Under the pieces are notes generated by a model that was given only the letters and a program-made list of their open reading frames with translations, was not told where the DNA came from and searched no databases. Source: Meyerozyma guilliermondii (lineage: Eukaryota). From it: a DNA stretch of 64,000 bases. The stretch covers positions 1,736,001 to 1,800,000 of the forward strand of contig CP128815.1 in NCBI GenBank assembly GCA_051546255.1. The letters run 5' to 3'. The translations under genes and the position numbers were made by a program. Positions 40,072 to 51,386 of this stretch are shown piece by piece; position 1 is the stretch's first letter, and every line of letters starts with the position of its first letter.

Positions 40072-41328
40072 ATGTACACATACATGGAGTACCTCCAAAA
40101 ATGTTTCTTCCATGCCACTAGATGGAACGAAGATAACATATATTCCAATATAACCGCATCTTCTCATGCCTTGCTTGAATTTCTGGTTCCTTCAGGCCTA
40201 AAAATGGATGTTTCGTCTCGGTCTTCGCCGAACCTGGCATCTTCTTTCACCTTATCAAACCACCATTCGCTCAATGGATCACTAGCATACATGTATTCGT
40301 CGACACAACTTAAGGGTACTCCTGGAACGCGCCGAATTCCTCTCCAGGACGCAATTGCTGGATTCAAAATTGTGGAGCCCAATGAGATGCGACCGAGCGC
40401 ATCGGGCACCATTGCTCCATCTTCGCTCTTATATGGCCGAATGTACTTTCCTGGCGCCGCGCTCGAGGCAATGGTTATACGGCGGTTTTCTCCACACACC
40501 CAATTGCTCATAAAGTGTATTCATAATCCTCAACTTGACAAAAACGGAACTTTAATTGCATACTTTCAAAAGAATACCCAACGGTACTCTCGAGAGGTAA
40601 TATACTCCACCAATGATGCATTGGTGGGCTTCAGAGGCCTATACAACATCGGTTCAACACCCTCATGGTCGCCATCTCCTCCCAATTTCGACCGTTCGGT
40701 GGTGTCTGTTGGCGCCGAATTGTGGTACGCAGCACGCACCATGAGCCCAGGACTCTCGACGGGTCTCCGCTACTCCACTCGCTCAACATCCACAGGGAAA
40801 CCGTTGACCATGACCCTTGCATGCAATCCCATTTTGGGGCACATTTCCTCCACTTACACGGTAAAGACATCGGTTGCGTCTACATTTTGTTCTCGCTACG
40901 ACTTTAATCTTTTTTCCTACGCCAGCAATTTGTCATTGGGGTTTGAGCTCTTTAATTTCGATAAAAATGCTGCAGTGGAACGGAATCCACAATTGCCAAC
41001 TCCAACTACAAATCCCTCGGCTTCAAAGCAAAACCTAATTAACCCCATACGAGATCACAGCTATTACCAAACGACCCCCTCCACTAATGCGACAACATAC
41101 CAGTCGTCGCAAACCATATCTGACTCGTTTCAAAAGCTCGTAAACCGCTCGGAATTCTCCAGCGTTGTTAAAGTATCTACCAGCTTAAATGATCGATTAG
41201 TCCGTTTGCTCTGGGAGGGCCGCTTCAAAGACTTTTTAGTCAGCAGTGGGGTCAAAGTCTCGTTGAACCCCGCCACAAACGCCGTGGAACTCAATCGCTT
41301 CGGTATAAGCTTCTCGTATGCTTCTTGA
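40072..41328 (+). CDS. MDM10: ERMES/SAM beta-barrel Mdm10
   Basis: [56 protein letters not shown]. Confidence 0.95.
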   Translation: MYTYMEYLQKCFFHATRWNEDNIYSNITASSHALLEFLVPSGLKMDVSSRSSPNLASSFTLSNHHSLNGSLAYMYSSTQLKGTPGTRRIPLQDAIAGFKIVEPNEMRPSASGTIAPSSLLYGRMYFPGAALEAMVIRRFSPHTQLLIKCIHNPQLDKNGTLIAYFQKNTQRYSREVIYSTNDALVGFRGLYNIGSTPSWSPSPPNFDRSVVSVGAELWYAARTMSPGLSTGLRYSTRSTSTGKPLTMTLACNPILGHISSTYTVKTSVASTFCSRYDFNLFSYASNLSLGFELFNFDKNAAVERNPQLPTPTTNPSASKQNLINPIRDHSYYQTTPSTNATTYQSSQTISDSFQKLVNRSEFSSVVKVSTSLNDRLVRLLWEGRFKDFLVSSGVKVSLNPATNAVELNRFGISFSYAS

Positions 41329-41404
41329 TGTATAGACAGTATTGTGTGCAGGTCTCACATAATGAATTTTCAACAACATTTTTCTCAAACTTGTAGCCAT
41401 AACC

Positions 41405-42487
41405 ATGCACAACAACGAGCTCTATGGGCTTTTGCGTAACTCGAGATTGGCACAGGTGGCTACTCCTCTTAGCAAAAAGTTGCGAGGTGAGTCCCATATC
41501 CCCACCCATCAAATAATATACACCCCAAAGTCATCGGCTATTCGGTCCAGTTTTGGTATTAAGACCCAACTCCCCAAACAAGTTGGGCAGTCCCATATAG
41601 TATTCAATGACATCGACAACCCCAAGAACATGCCGGATGTGGAGAAATATTCAGGAAAATACTACAACAGACTCAAATTTCAGGAAACTGGAATGGTGGT
41701 GAAAAATTACCAAAACGAGTCCAACCCTCTTTTTCCCTCGAGCACAACAAAATCCACCACATCCAACAAGGTGGACAGCATATTGGCATCGTTCAACTTG
41801 AATGACAACGCCACAACCGCCGATGTGACCAGGTTGCTTTCCAAAAACCCAGAATTGAACAAGAGATTTCAGCAGTGGCTCTTGAAAAACAGCCCCAGAC
41901 TGCTCTTATCCAAGCCTCTTCGTTACTCGGACTTGTTACGTAGATTCTTGAGCTCCCAGAGTGATATTGTCAGACAAGAGCTTCAACTCAACGATCTTGC
42001 ACGTCCCTATGGTAAAGCTACTAGCAATGCTCCACGCACCAAGATCCAAGGAACAGGAGGTTTTTCATACGCCCAGAAAGGTAGACTCACAAACTCTCCT
42101 AATGGAGTCAAGTACGGTGTGATTGCTCCCGGAAGAATGGTGGGCGATCGAGAGGCTGCTATTGGAGGATTTGTTGCAAGTGTCAATGACAGAACTACTT
42201 TATTGCAACATAACTACTCTAGAAATTTCCCAGGAAAACACTCGAGACAGTTTGTTATGCCCTTCAAGTTGAATGAGGCTGAGATCACCGGCAATGGATC
42301 TGTCAAGATGTATGCTGACGGAGTCAAGGTGGGCTCATGGATGCAACGCACTAATGCTGGAGAATACGGCGAGCGCAACTACGAAGCGTCGAATCCCAAC
42401 TTTGCGTCTGCTTCCATGAGAAACAGAAACGAAAACGTAAAGCTCGAGACGCTCTTGAACTTGATGGGAGCAGGCAAAGGCAAGTAA
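41405..42487 (+). CDS. MRP51: Mitochondrial small-subunit ribosomal protein bS1m
   Basis: LLRNSRLAQV, PTHQII.TP.SS..RS.FGIK, GGFSY..KGRL.NSPNG, AAIGGFVA. Confidence 0.88.
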   Translation: MHNNELYGLLRNSRLAQVATPLSKKLRGESHIPTHQIIYTPKSSAIRSSFGIKTQLPKQVGQSHIVFNDIDNPKNMPDVEKYSGKYYNRLKFQETGMVVKNYQNESNPLFPSSTTKSTTSNKVDSILASFNLNDNATTADVTRLLSKNPELNKRFQQWLLKNSPRLLLSKPLRYSDLLRRFLSSQSDIVRQELQLNDLARPYGKATSNAPRTKIQGTGGFSYAQKGRLTNSPNGVKYGVIAPGRMVGDREAAIGGFVASVNDRTTLLQHNYSRNFPGKHSRQFVMPFKLNEAEITGNGSVKMYADGVKVGSWMQRTNAGEYGERNYEASNPNFASASMRNRNENVKLETLLNLMGAGKGK

Positions 42488-42544
42488 AAAGTAGAATGAC
42501 TTTACAAGTAAATAAAGTAGAATAGCTCTATCTGTATATACATA

Positions 42545-45049
42545 TTATTCGGCTTTTTTGATGGGATCAGCTTTCATCAACTTTCTCTTTTTAAGACCCA
42601 GAGTCGTGGTTCCTGAACCAGACACAACGATTCCGTTCAACTTCTTTTCTTCCTGATGGAGCTGTACACGGATTTTTTCCGCTAATGCCTCATCTTGCTT
42701 ACCATCCACTTGATACCAAAGATAGTAGTTGGACGTTCTTGTGCCTGTCTCAAGTATATGCTTCATCTTTTCCTGTACTTTCTCCACAGGATTCACACTG
42801 TTGGCCACAATAGGAACAAAACGGGTGGGTACCTTGTGAATGGTAAACGACATAGCGGTGTATCGAATCTCGGGCTCTGTAGGCATCTCTGGCTCTTTTG
42901 GAGGCCGTGGTTTCTGAGGTGGAGGAGCCCTCTTTCCTTTCTTTCCTCTTCTTGGAGGAAGTCTTCTTGTGGGCGCAGGAGATGAAATTTCCATAGCTTC
43001 TGATGTGTTTTCGTCAACGGTTTCTGAAGCTTCCTTTTTGACTGGCTCCTCAGAATCTTTCGTCGCAATGCTTCCTTCATCGTCTTTCGACTCATCTATG
43101 GGCTGGCTAGTTTCTGTACTTTCGGTTTCTTTGTTTCCAGTTTCTGAGTTTTCAGTTTGTTCGACAGCTTTCTCTTTGTCATTATCTTGCTCAGTTTCTT
43201 TCATTTCTACGTCGTCATCTTCTTTTTCTATCTTCTCGTCGTCCTCCCGTTGCTTTTCTTCTGCTTCCTTTCTCGCTGCTTCCTCCTCTTCTGCTTTCTT
43301 TTTAGCGTCCTCTTCCTTCTTTTTCATGAAATCTTCGTATTCCTTCTTTTTGGCTTCATATTCGTCGACCTCTTTTTGATTGTGTACCCAAAGAAAACTG
43401 AACAAAATATCCTTTTCGTCAGCCTCGATGTTCTCCTTTGTTTGAGGAAGCACTTCGGCGATGGCATCCTTGGGAAGCGCATAACGGACGTTGGAGTTTT
43501 CTGCAAACTCAAAGAGAACAGTAGCATCTTTAACATACTTTTCCTGAAATGCTGTGAGTTTTTGGTCTCTTGGTACCTTTGGTTTTCTGTCACGAACTGC
43601 TCCCGATTTTACGTACCTACCATTTTGAAAGTAGTTGGGAAATAAATAAGCATGGTGTGGTTGTGGCCCCATTTCCCTAGCTCGCTGAATATAGCCTTGG
43701 AATGTCATAATTTGCTGGGGAGAAGCATTACCCAGAGCAACGATTTTCATGAGAGAATTTAACGATGCATCAACTCTAGCAATCGCATTCAAGTTGGCAA
43801 TCATTATAGTGTTCTCTACCGATTGCATATTCGAAGGATCACTTCTAGGTGGAGGAGCCCGAACAGTAGGGGGTGAGATTGGTCTGGGTTCGACCTGCGG
43901 TGGCTGGGAAGTTGATGGCTCACTGGTCTGGTTTGGGGCCGGAACATTACTTCCATTGGAAGTTGTTCCCACTTTGACTTGGGGACGGGCAATTGGGACT
44001 GTTGGAGGGGGAATGTGATTCGCTGGGGAAGTTGAAGGTGAAGTTGTATCTTTAGTAGGAACCTTTGTTCTCAGATTCGTTAGGGTGATTCTCTGACGAG
44101 GAGCAGAACTGACAGTTGGCGGAGTGGTGGAAGGCTCAACTGGTGGTGTATTAGATGGTGGCAGGATATGAGATGATGAGTTTGTAGGTTCAGTGTTTTT
44201 AGTGGATGTTGCGTCTTTAGTGGACAATGCTTCTTTAGTCGATTCTGTGTCATTTGGATTAGTCGATGGTTCTGGTGCAGAGTTCGATTGTGTAGCGGGT
44301 TGAGGTGCTGGTGTGGATTTAGATACATGGGAGTTTTCTTTTCCTGTGTCCACTGTAGCACTCAGCTTGTCTTCACTATTCTGTGGTACAGTAGGAGGCT
44401 CAGAATTGGGTTCAGGTGCTTTCAGTATTTGTGGGGCTACAGGCGCTGGCACTGGTAAGGGTGATGGCCCTGGATGAGAGCTTCCGGATGGAGTTGAAGT
44501 TGTAGGTGCTGGAGTAGATTCCTGATTCAGGTCCTTTCCCTCTTCCTTTATATCCTTATCTTTTTTCTTCTTTTTCTCTGACCTTTCGTCCTTGGCGATG
44601 AACATGCGTATTTCGAACGTATGGGGTCCCAAGTCCAAGGTTCCGTCACACAATTTTACCATAACGTCCCTGGCACTCACATCTCCTAACAATATGGGTT
44701 GTCGAGCATCGGAATTGGGGTCGTTTTGTACTTTTTCATAATATTTGGAATCCTGTGCTGCCATCTTCTTGGCGTAGGCGCTCTGCTTTATCCAGTATAA
44801 TGCAAACATAGGACCCTCATAGACGTAACAATGGCGTGAACGGAGTAAGGACAAGTACAAAACTCCGGTATCTTTGACGGTTAATGGGTTTTTGAATACC
44901 AGCTCATACGATCCTGGTTCGTTGTAGCTGACAGGAAGATTCGCTACGAGATCAAAAGGACGATTTATAGACTTTGCAAGTGCCTTCTGCTGACGATCGA
45001 TTTCCTCTCGAGTGGCAGTCGTAATACGACGGCGCATACGCGGTGGCAT
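42545..45049 (-). CDS. SWC3: SWR1 complex subunit Swc3
   Basis: RPF.LV..LP.S, LTVKD..VLY.SL..SR, MIANLN.IAR...LN.LMK.VA, KLTAFQEKY, YLWYQVDG. Confidence 0.85.
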   Translation of the reverse strand: MPPRMRRRITTATREEIDRQQKALAKSINRPFDLVANLPVSYNEPGSYELVFKNPLTVKDTGVLYLSLLRSRHCYVYEGPMFALYWIKQSAYAKKMAAQDSKYYEKVQNDPNSDARQPILLGDVSARDVMVKLCDGTLDLGPHTFEIRMFIAKDERSEKKKKKDKDIKEEGKDLNQESTPAPTTSTPSGSSHPGPSPLPVPAPVAPQILKAPEPNSEPPTVPQNSEDKLSATVDTGKENSHVSKSTPAPQPATQSNSAPEPSTNPNDTESTKEALSTKDATSTKNTEPTNSSSHILPPSNTPPVEPSTTPPTVSSAPRQRITLTNLRTKVPTKDTTSPSTSPANHIPPPTVPIARPQVKVGTTSNGSNVPAPNQTSEPSTSQPPQVEPRPISPPTVRAPPPRSDPSNMQSVENTIMIANLNAIARVDASLNSLMKIVALGNASPQQIMTFQGYIQRAREMGPQPHHAYLFPNYFQNGRYVKSGAVRDRKPKVPRDQKLTAFQEKYVKDATVLFEFAENSNVRYALPKDAIAEVLPQTKENIEADEKDILFSFLWVHNQKEVDEYEAKKKEYEDFMKKKEEDAKKKAEEEEAARKEAEEKQREDDEKIEKEDDDVEMKETEQDNDKEKAVEQTENSETGNKETESTETSQPIDESKDDEGSIATKDSEEPVKKEASETVDENTSEAMEISSPAPTRRLPPRRGKKGKRAPPPQKPRPPKEPEMPTEPEIRYTAMSFTIHKVPTRFVPIVANSVNPVEKVQEKMKHILETGTRTSNYYLWYQVDGKQDEALAEKIRVQLHQEEKKLNGIVVSGSGTTTLGLKKRKLMKADPIKKAE

Positions 45050-45309
45050 GATCGTTGGTGGCTGTTATTAATGGTGAAAATAGTGTATCTAAAACACCGA
45101 TTTGGTGAGAATGGTGCGTGCTACATGCAGTGCCAAGAGGTAGTACGCAGGCATACGGTTGCGAAAAGACCCCGGGTAGAAGGTGAGTTGTGATCTAATT
45201 AACAGGTGCCTTTCATTCTCCCTTTTTTTCAAAGTATACTTATCTGGTACTGACAAATGGTGTGTATTTTTATGCAGCTCGATCGTAATTCATGCAATCG
45301 GCAAATGCT

Positions 45310-47487
45310 CTATAGTACCTCGTCAAGGCAGTCGAGACCCTGATTGAACAATCGTATCATCGTATCCAATTCATTTATCAATTTGTGTCGAGGAGTCGAG
45401 TCAATAAAGAACTCAGCAGAGATGGGTGGAATAGCAGGAAAAGTGCGATTACTTGTTATAGCCGGTGATACAGACACTGGTGGAACAGCACCGCTAAACG
45501 ATCCAGAAGTGGCTCGATTCATAGCTGGTGGAACTGAAAGCAGGTGACTTTTTTTGCGTACATCTCGCTCAGTTTCCGTAACCGGAGTCATTGACACTGA
45601 ACCATTCATCGCCAGTGCCGGTACTCCAAACTGGTTGACTTCACCGTCAAAAGATGTGTTGAGATTGGGGAGATTGGAGTAGTTTGTAGAAGGCAAAGGC
45701 ATTTGTAAGTGCCATCCAGGTCTACGTTTGGTAGTACCGGTTGAAGCTTGCTGCTGAATAGGTTGCGCCGAAGACTGCGGTTGGGGTTGAGTTGGATGTT
45801 GTTGTAGTTGGGATTGAGGTTGGGATTGAGGTTGGGATTGAGGTTGTTGGGGCTGTGGTTGAAGTTGTTGGTGTGGTTCCTCCCTCTCCTTTTCTTTGCT
45901 CAAGTTTATAGGTTGCAATAACGGATTGGTTGTATGTTGAAGGGCCTTCATTGATTTGGAGGGTGGACTATGGTTAGCACTGGCAATGTGCGAAGATTGA
46001 GAAGGAGACATAGAAGTCATAGTATGAGGAGGTGTTTGCGGTGCGGATGGCACATGAGGAACGGAAATGGACGAGGTGCTGGAACCAGTATTGGATATGG
46101 TTTTTTTGCGCGGTCTGTTTGAAGGTGAACCACCTGTTGAAAATCGAGAATCTAGGGATGCAGACGCAGATTGAGAATGGTAAAGTGGAGGTGGCTTGTT
46201 CAATAGCTTTGAGGTTGGCGTCGAGCTTGTGTTGGGTTTATTGTGATGCGGAAGATTATCCATGTCAGGAATCTCGATGGTGGGAGAGTCTGCAGAGGGA
46301 AGCTGGATTGTGGTGGGCGGTTCAATTTCGGGCTCATCAGAGTCTTGGAAGAGCAGCATCAATGATTTTGGAGCGGTGGTGGTTTCGGCGATGGAAGAAG
46401 GATTGGTACTATTGTGGTCATTTCGCAGTTGACGAGCGGTGACAGTGCCTAGCTGGGTAGAGGTTCCTGCCTCTGTACGCATAGTGGTCTGTTCGTCGCT
46501 GTTGTAGGAGTCCCAATTGACATCGATGTCGTTCTCAACAATATATTCTTTGCTGCTCAACGAGTCAAAGTCCCATTTGACCTGGATGCCCTCGGCTTCA
46601 CTGATGCTTCGCTCGTCATCTAGTCTCATAACAGACTCTCGCAGAGAATGCAGATCGCGCCAAAGAAGGTACCGAGTGATGATCTCCTTGAGAATCAGAG
46701 TTGGGTGCGACCGGTACATTTTCACAAGTTTACACTTGAACAACTCTTCAGCCATGGGTCTCTCTTGCGGGTTTTCGTCAAGACAAAGAGCCACTGCCTC
46801 CTTGAGAGCCGGAGAGTATTCACGGCCTTCTAATCGAGGTGGAGTCAGTTTCAGGATCAATTGCATTGCCCACAGGGCATCTTTATCACAATATGGTGGG
46901 TTCCCCGTGGCAAGCTCGTACAAGGTTATACCTAGAGACCATATATCTGCTTTGACGTTGTAGGTGTCGCCTTCTCGAATCACTTCTGGAGCCATCCAGT
47001 ACGGTGTTCCAGCCATGGTGGTGCGCTTACTGGCGGTCAGACTGATGCGAGCAGCCACACCAAAGTCACACAATTGGACATTTCCTTCGTTCGTAATAAG
47101 CACATTGGCCGACTTCAAGTCTCGGTGGATTACTCCTAATTTGTGAACCGCTTGAAGAGCCACCAAAAGTTCACGTAGTACCACTCCAATGTACTGCTCT
47201 TCAAACACCCCCAGCTTCAAAAGCGTACGAATCAGCCCTCCAGCACAGTAGTCCATGATGATCCACAACTTTGTGTCCACTAGGAACGACCCGTAGTAGT
47301 GTGTGACATTGGGAACTTGTTTTATTTCAGAAAGAAACTGAATCTCCTGCTGGACTTCTGCCACTTCTTCAGGCTCCGTGTCTAGATTAAGTACTTTTAT
47401 GGCCACCACATGTTTTGTGGTCTTGTGGTAACCTTTGTAGACGACCCCAAACTTCCCTCGTCCAATAACGTCGGTTCGTTTGTACAT
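45310..47487 (-). CDS. KIC1: Ste20/GCK-family kinase of the RAM network
   Basis: Likely start MYKRTDVIGRGKFG at 47487. VAIKVLNLDT, HRDLKSANVL, DFG, TMAGTPYWMAPEV, VKWDFDSL. Confidence 0.9.
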   Translation of the reverse strand: MYKRTDVIGRGKFGVVYKGYHKTTKHVVAIKVLNLDTEPEEVAEVQQEIQFLSEIKQVPNVTHYYGSFLVDTKLWIIMDYCAGGLIRTLLKLGVFEEQYIGVVLRELLVALQAVHKLGVIHRDLKSANVLITNEGNVQLCDFGVAARISLTASKRTTMAGTPYWMAPEVIREGDTYNVKADIWSLGITLYELATGNPPYCDKDALWAMQLILKLTPPRLEGREYSPALKEAVALCLDENPQERPMAEELFKCKLVKMYRSHPTLILKEIITRYLLWRDLHSLRESVMRLDDERSISEAEGIQVKWDFDSLSSKEYIVENDIDVNWDSYNSDEQTTMRTEAGTSTQLGTVTARQLRNDHNSTNPSSIAETTTAPKSLMLLFQDSDEPEIEPPTTIQLPSADSPTIEIPDMDNLPHHNKPNTSSTPTSKLLNKPPPLYHSQSASASLDSRFSTGGSPSNRPRKKTISNTGSSTSSISVPHVPSAPQTPPHTMTSMSPSQSSHIASANHSPPSKSMKALQHTTNPLLQPINLSKEKEREEPHQQLQPQPQQPQSQPQSQPQSQLQQHPTQPQPQSSAQPIQQQASTGTTKRRPGWHLQMPLPSTNYSNLPNLNTSFDGEVNQFGVPALAMNGSVSMTPVTETERDVRKKSHLLSVPPAMNRATSGSFSGAVPPVSVSPAITSNRTFPAIPPISAEFFIDSTPRHKLINELDTMIRLFNQGLDCLDEVL

Positions 47488-47590
47488 GACGAATATTCGG
47501 TTGTATGTGGCTATAAACGGAGTGCCCCAACACCGCGCGCACTCGATCTGATCGAGCCAGTGCGATTTCGCATCCGTGCACCCGCGATAT

Positions 47591-47597
47591 TGAGTCA
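47591..47597. promoter_or_regulatory. Gcn4 site in KIC1/HIS3 divergent promoter
   Basis: TGAGTCA just upstream of HIS3, a classic Gcn4 target. Confidence 0.6.
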
Positions 47598-47620
47598 CCA
47601 GTGGAGCTCGATACTACACG

Positions 47621-48271
47621 ATGCGTAGTGCTACCGTTTGCCGCAAGACCAACGAAACCAATATCCAGATTGCTCTTTCGCTAGATGGTGACTATGTGCA
47701 GTTAGAAAAAAGCATTTTGGACAAGAATCATGAAAAGTCTACTTCTGATAACAAGGCACCAGTCATCTCTGTTCAGACTGGAATAGGCTTTCTTGACCAT
47801 ATGCTCCATGCTCTCGCCAAACACGCTGGGTGGTCCCTCATCGTAGAATGTGTCGGAGACCTTCACATAGATGACCATCATAGCGCCGAAGATGTTGGGT
47901 TGGCTTTAGGAATGGCGTTCCATCAAGCCTTGGGCCATGTTCGTGGAGTCAAGCGTTTTGGTAGTGGTTTTGCTCCATTAGACGAAGCACTCAGTCGAGC
48001 TGTTGTCGACTTGTCCAGTCGTCCATTTGCAGTTGTGGAACTTGGCCTTAAACGAGAAAAGATCGGAGACTTATCGTGTGAAATGATTCCTCATGTCATT
48101 GAAAGTTTTGCTCAAACCGCCGCCATAACCGTTCATGTAGATTGCCTCCGTGGCTTCAACGACCACCACCGTGCCGAGAGCGCTTTTAAGGCGTTGGCAG
48201 TAGCTATAAAGGAAGCCATTTTGCCGACTGGAAAGGATGATGTTCCCAGTACCAAGGGAGTGTTATTTTGA
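47621..48271 (+). CDS. HIS3: Imidazoleglycerol-phosphate dehydratase
   Basis: [44 protein letters not shown]. Confidence 0.98.
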   Translation: MRSATVCRKTNETNIQIALSLDGDYVQLEKSILDKNHEKSTSDNKAPVISVQTGIGFLDHMLHALAKHAGWSLIVECVGDLHIDDHHSAEDVGLALGMAFHQALGHVRGVKRFGSGFAPLDEALSRAVVDLSSRPFAVVELGLKREKIGDLSCEMIPHVIESFAQTAAITVHVDCLRGFNDHHRAESAFKALAVAIKEAILPTGKDDVPSTKGVLF

Positions 48272-48416
48272 CTATTTATTGAAAAAAAGTGGACGATCCA
48301 TGCTACGCTGCTACTGCTACATTGCCACACATGCTACATTTGCTAATTTACATTTGCTACTTCATTTGCTAGTTCTGCTACTTCTTAAGTCTACTTTTCG
48401 CTTACATAACCTCATG

Positions 48417-48431
48417 GCTCATCGCTCATCG
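48417..48431. promoter_or_regulatory. Overlapping tandem PAC elements upstream of MRM1
   Basis: GCTCATCGCTCATCG, about 25-35 bp before the ATG. Confidence 0.5.
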
Positions 48432-48453
48432 ACAATCAGATCAACTCTCCACA

Positions 48454-49641
48454 ATGTTTACAAGACGGTTTAGCACATCCTTGTGTCGACAAGCAAAAAC
48501 AGTTTCTCGGAATTTACCCACAGAAAAGAAATCTCCCAAGCCATGGGAAGTCAAGAATATTTCTAAAGACGAATTTTTCGGCCGCAAGTATGGCTCGATA
48601 TCTGCAGAACAACGTCAGAAACTTAACGACAAAGTTGCTCGGCAAAGACGAGCCAGAGCCGAGCGGAAAGAAGCCGAGTACTCCAGTCAAAGGGAGTCGT
48701 CTCGCGAAACCACTTCTTATAGACCTACAGGAATGAGCCGTAATCCAGTGTACGAGTACATTTATGGTACCCATCCTGTTCTAGCAGCGCTTACTGGGGG
48801 TAAAAGAGATTCTTTCAATAGGCTATTTGTCTTCAATCCGAAGGAGGGAACCTCGCAAATTCTTTCACAGGCAAAAAAACTCGGAATTTCTATTGTCACC
48901 AAACAGAGCAAAGGTGATATGAACATTCTTGCTGACAACGGGGTCCACAATGGAGTAGTTTTGGAGACCAAACCATTGGAAATACCGTTTATTCATGAAT
49001 TGGGGGTATGTGACCCAGAAGCTGAAGAATACGATGTTTCAATTACGAATGAAATACTTAATTCTCAAACTCCTTATACCCACAAGTGTCAACGTGAAGC
49101 TGCTTATCCTCTTGGGATTTACTTGGATGGCATCACCGACCCCCAGAATTTGGGTGCAATTGTGAGAACAGCATACTACATGGGAGTTGACTTTATTGTG
49201 GTTCCAGAACATGACACTGCTCGTTTAGGACCAGTGGCTGCGAAAGCAGCAGCAGGGTCTCTCGATTTGATGAACATTTTCCAAACATCTGATAGTCTTG
49301 GGTTTGTGGAAAGAGTGAGAAGAAACGGCTGGAACGTAATTAGTACCAGCTCTCAAACCTCGGAATCTTTGCAACAAGATCAAAAACTGAAACACCAAAA
49401 AGTGCAGCAACAACTCGGCACCAAATTCATCGACCCATCAGAGTTATCTACTATTGCCAACGAGTCACCAGTTCTACTTGTGATGGGCTCAGAAGGTGCT
49501 GGTGTAAGAACTCATCTCCAGCTTCGTTCTGATTATTTGGTTGGTTTGAGTAAAGGAAGAGAAGACGAAGGTATAGTTGACTCGCTCAATGTCAGTGTTG
49601 CTTGTGCATTAATGGTAGCCAAGTGTACAGAAAAGGTGTGA
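48454..49641 (+). CDS. MRM1: Mitochondrial 21S rRNA 2'-O-methyltransferase (SpoU family)
   Basis: EYIYGTHPV, VHNGVVLE, LDGITDPQNLGAIVR, VMGSEG.G, DSLNVSVA. Adjacent to HIS3. Confidence 0.93.
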   Translation: MFTRRFSTSLCRQAKTVSRNLPTEKKSPKPWEVKNISKDEFFGRKYGSISAEQRQKLNDKVARQRRARAERKEAEYSSQRESSRETTSYRPTGMSRNPVYEYIYGTHPVLAALTGGKRDSFNRLFVFNPKEGTSQILSQAKKLGISIVTKQSKGDMNILADNGVHNGVVLETKPLEIPFIHELGVCDPEAEEYDVSITNEILNSQTPYTHKCQREAAYPLGIYLDGITDPQNLGAIVRTAYYMGVDFIVVPEHDTARLGPVAAKAAAGSLDLMNIFQTSDSLGFVERVRRNGWNVISTSSQTSESLQQDQKLKHQKVQQQLGTKFIDPSELSTIANESPVLLVMGSEGAGVRTHLQLRSDYLVGLSKGREDEGIVDSLNVSVACALMVAKCTEKV

Positions 49642-49787
49642 GAGAGAATTCAGTTATTAACTGATTCCATCGTAATCAGCTCATCTCCCAGTACACCACG
49701 CCCAACATCCCCGCAGTGCCTGTGATTCTCATCGCACATTAAATATATTCCGCGGCCAACCGCGCCTACCCTGAAATACCTACGAAC

Positions 49788-51269
49788 ATGCACTTGGTAG
49801 TGGTGGTCCATGGACTATGGGGTAACTGCTCCCAGATGAACCATATCAAGGCGGAACTTGAAAAATATCATCCTACAAACACGATAGTATACACTACTGG
49901 AACCCATGCTGGGTACCTCACTTACGATGGAATCGATGTCAATGGAAAGAGAATAAGAGACGAAATAGTGGCGGAAACTGAACGCTTGGAAACTACCGGA
50001 ACATCGGTGACAAAGATATCCATCATTGGTTACTCCTTGGGTGGTTTGGTGTGTAGGTATGCCATTGGTCTACTCTACCACGAGGGCTATTTCGACAATA
50101 TTGTTCCCGTCAATTTCGTCACTTTTTGCTCTCCTCACGTTGGAAGCTTGAACGCCAGTATAGGTATTCGTGACAGGATCTATAACTACTGTGCTCCTTA
50201 TGTCTTGGCAATTACAGGTTCCGAGCTCTTTCTTAAAGACAATACCTATGCCAACACTGCCATGGGAAAGTCAAATGTGAACAAGTTGCCGTTGCTCGTA
50301 TGGATGGCAGAGCCAAACTCGTACTTTTACAAAGGTCTCCAGATGTTCAAGCATCGTGCTTTGTACGCTAACACCATCAATGACAGACGCTGTAGTTGGT
50401 ACACTGCGTCGATCTCGGCGCTCGATCCGTTCAATTCGATGGTCAACGAGAATACCAGTGCCTATCTGTTTGAGTATATGGAGAACTACGCACCCACCGT
50501 CTTGGACATCTCGAAACCGATAAACTTTCAAAAGATTCACCACAATTCGTTGTACAAATCTGGCACAACATTTTCTCGGTCAATCTTGAAAAGGCTCCGG
50601 CTCGTCAAAGTCGTGCTTAAAATGATCGTTCTTGCTCCAGTCCTAGGTATTTTTTTCATGTGCAATTCCGTGTGGGAAAGAATCAAACTTCATGTGAGAG
50701 TCAGGTCTTATTTACGAGACCACTCTTCAGTATTGTCCACCATTAAGGAATCGTTACCTCAACCACCTGAGAACGATCAGGCAGCAAATGAAATAGCTCG
50801 CGACACCTGCCATGAGTCTTTCTTTTACTCGTTCGAAACTTACCTTGCGAGCCACTTTAAAGACCAAACAGAAGTTTTCGTCGACAATGTGTTCGATGCC
50901 GTTAATACAGAGCGGTACCACGACTATACCTACTCAATCACCACCGCCAAGGGCAAAGGTACTTCCACCCCAAAAGGCATAACGAGATCGATCAAACAGA
51001 TGGATGAAGACGAAAAACAGGCACTTTTGGACAACTCTATTATAAATCTTGAAGGGCAAACTCTTCTGGACTTTAGAGTTCGATTGACCAATTCACAGCT
51101 TTATATCGTAAAGCATCTCAATGATCTAAAGTGGGAAAAATACCCTGTAATTATCAGAAAGACAAAGTTGGCACATGCGGCTGCAATTTATAGACTTGAC
51201 ATTCCCGCCTACGATGAAGGAAAGGTGGTGGTACGTCATTTTGCCAAAGAGGTGTTCAAGGACGAGTAG
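49788..51269 (+). CDS. DUF676 lipase / serine hydrolase (Lpl1/Rog1 family)
   Basis: HLVVVVHGLWG, TYDGID..G.R, GYSLGG nucleophile elbow, LYAN..NDR. Confidence 0.85.
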   Translation: MHLVVVVHGLWGNCSQMNHIKAELEKYHPTNTIVYTTGTHAGYLTYDGIDVNGKRIRDEIVAETERLETTGTSVTKISIIGYSLGGLVCRYAIGLLYHEGYFDNIVPVNFVTFCSPHVGSLNASIGIRDRIYNYCAPYVLAITGSELFLKDNTYANTAMGKSNVNKLPLLVWMAEPNSYFYKGLQMFKHRALYANTINDRRCSWYTASISALDPFNSMVNENTSAYLFEYMENYAPTVLDISKPINFQKIHHNSLYKSGTTFSRSILKRLRLVKVVLKMIVLAPVLGIFFMCNSVWERIKLHVRVRSYLRDHSSVLSTIKESLPQPPENDQAANEIARDTCHESFFYSFETYLASHFKDQTEVFVDNVFDAVNTERYHDYTYSITTAKGKGTSTPKGITRSIKQMDEDEKQALLDNSIINLEGQTLLDFRVRLTNSQLYIVKHLNDLKWEKYPVIIRKTKLAHAAAIYRLDIPAYDEGKVVVRHFAKEVFKDE

Positions 51270-51386
51270 TATTTATGAGTTTGGAGTTCAATAGATATTT
51301 ATACTGAGTAGCATCTTTTATTGGCTCATTATCTCAATGTGTCTTATTTTCATGTTTAATTGTCACTATCAAATATATTGCACCAC

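Noticed and set aside
45183..45277. Plus-strand intron-like signals (GTGAGT...TACTGAC...TGCAG) between SWC3 and KIC1
   Set aside because: The spliced frame stops after three more codons, there is no box C or rRNA guide, and the branch point is non-consensus; likely chance.
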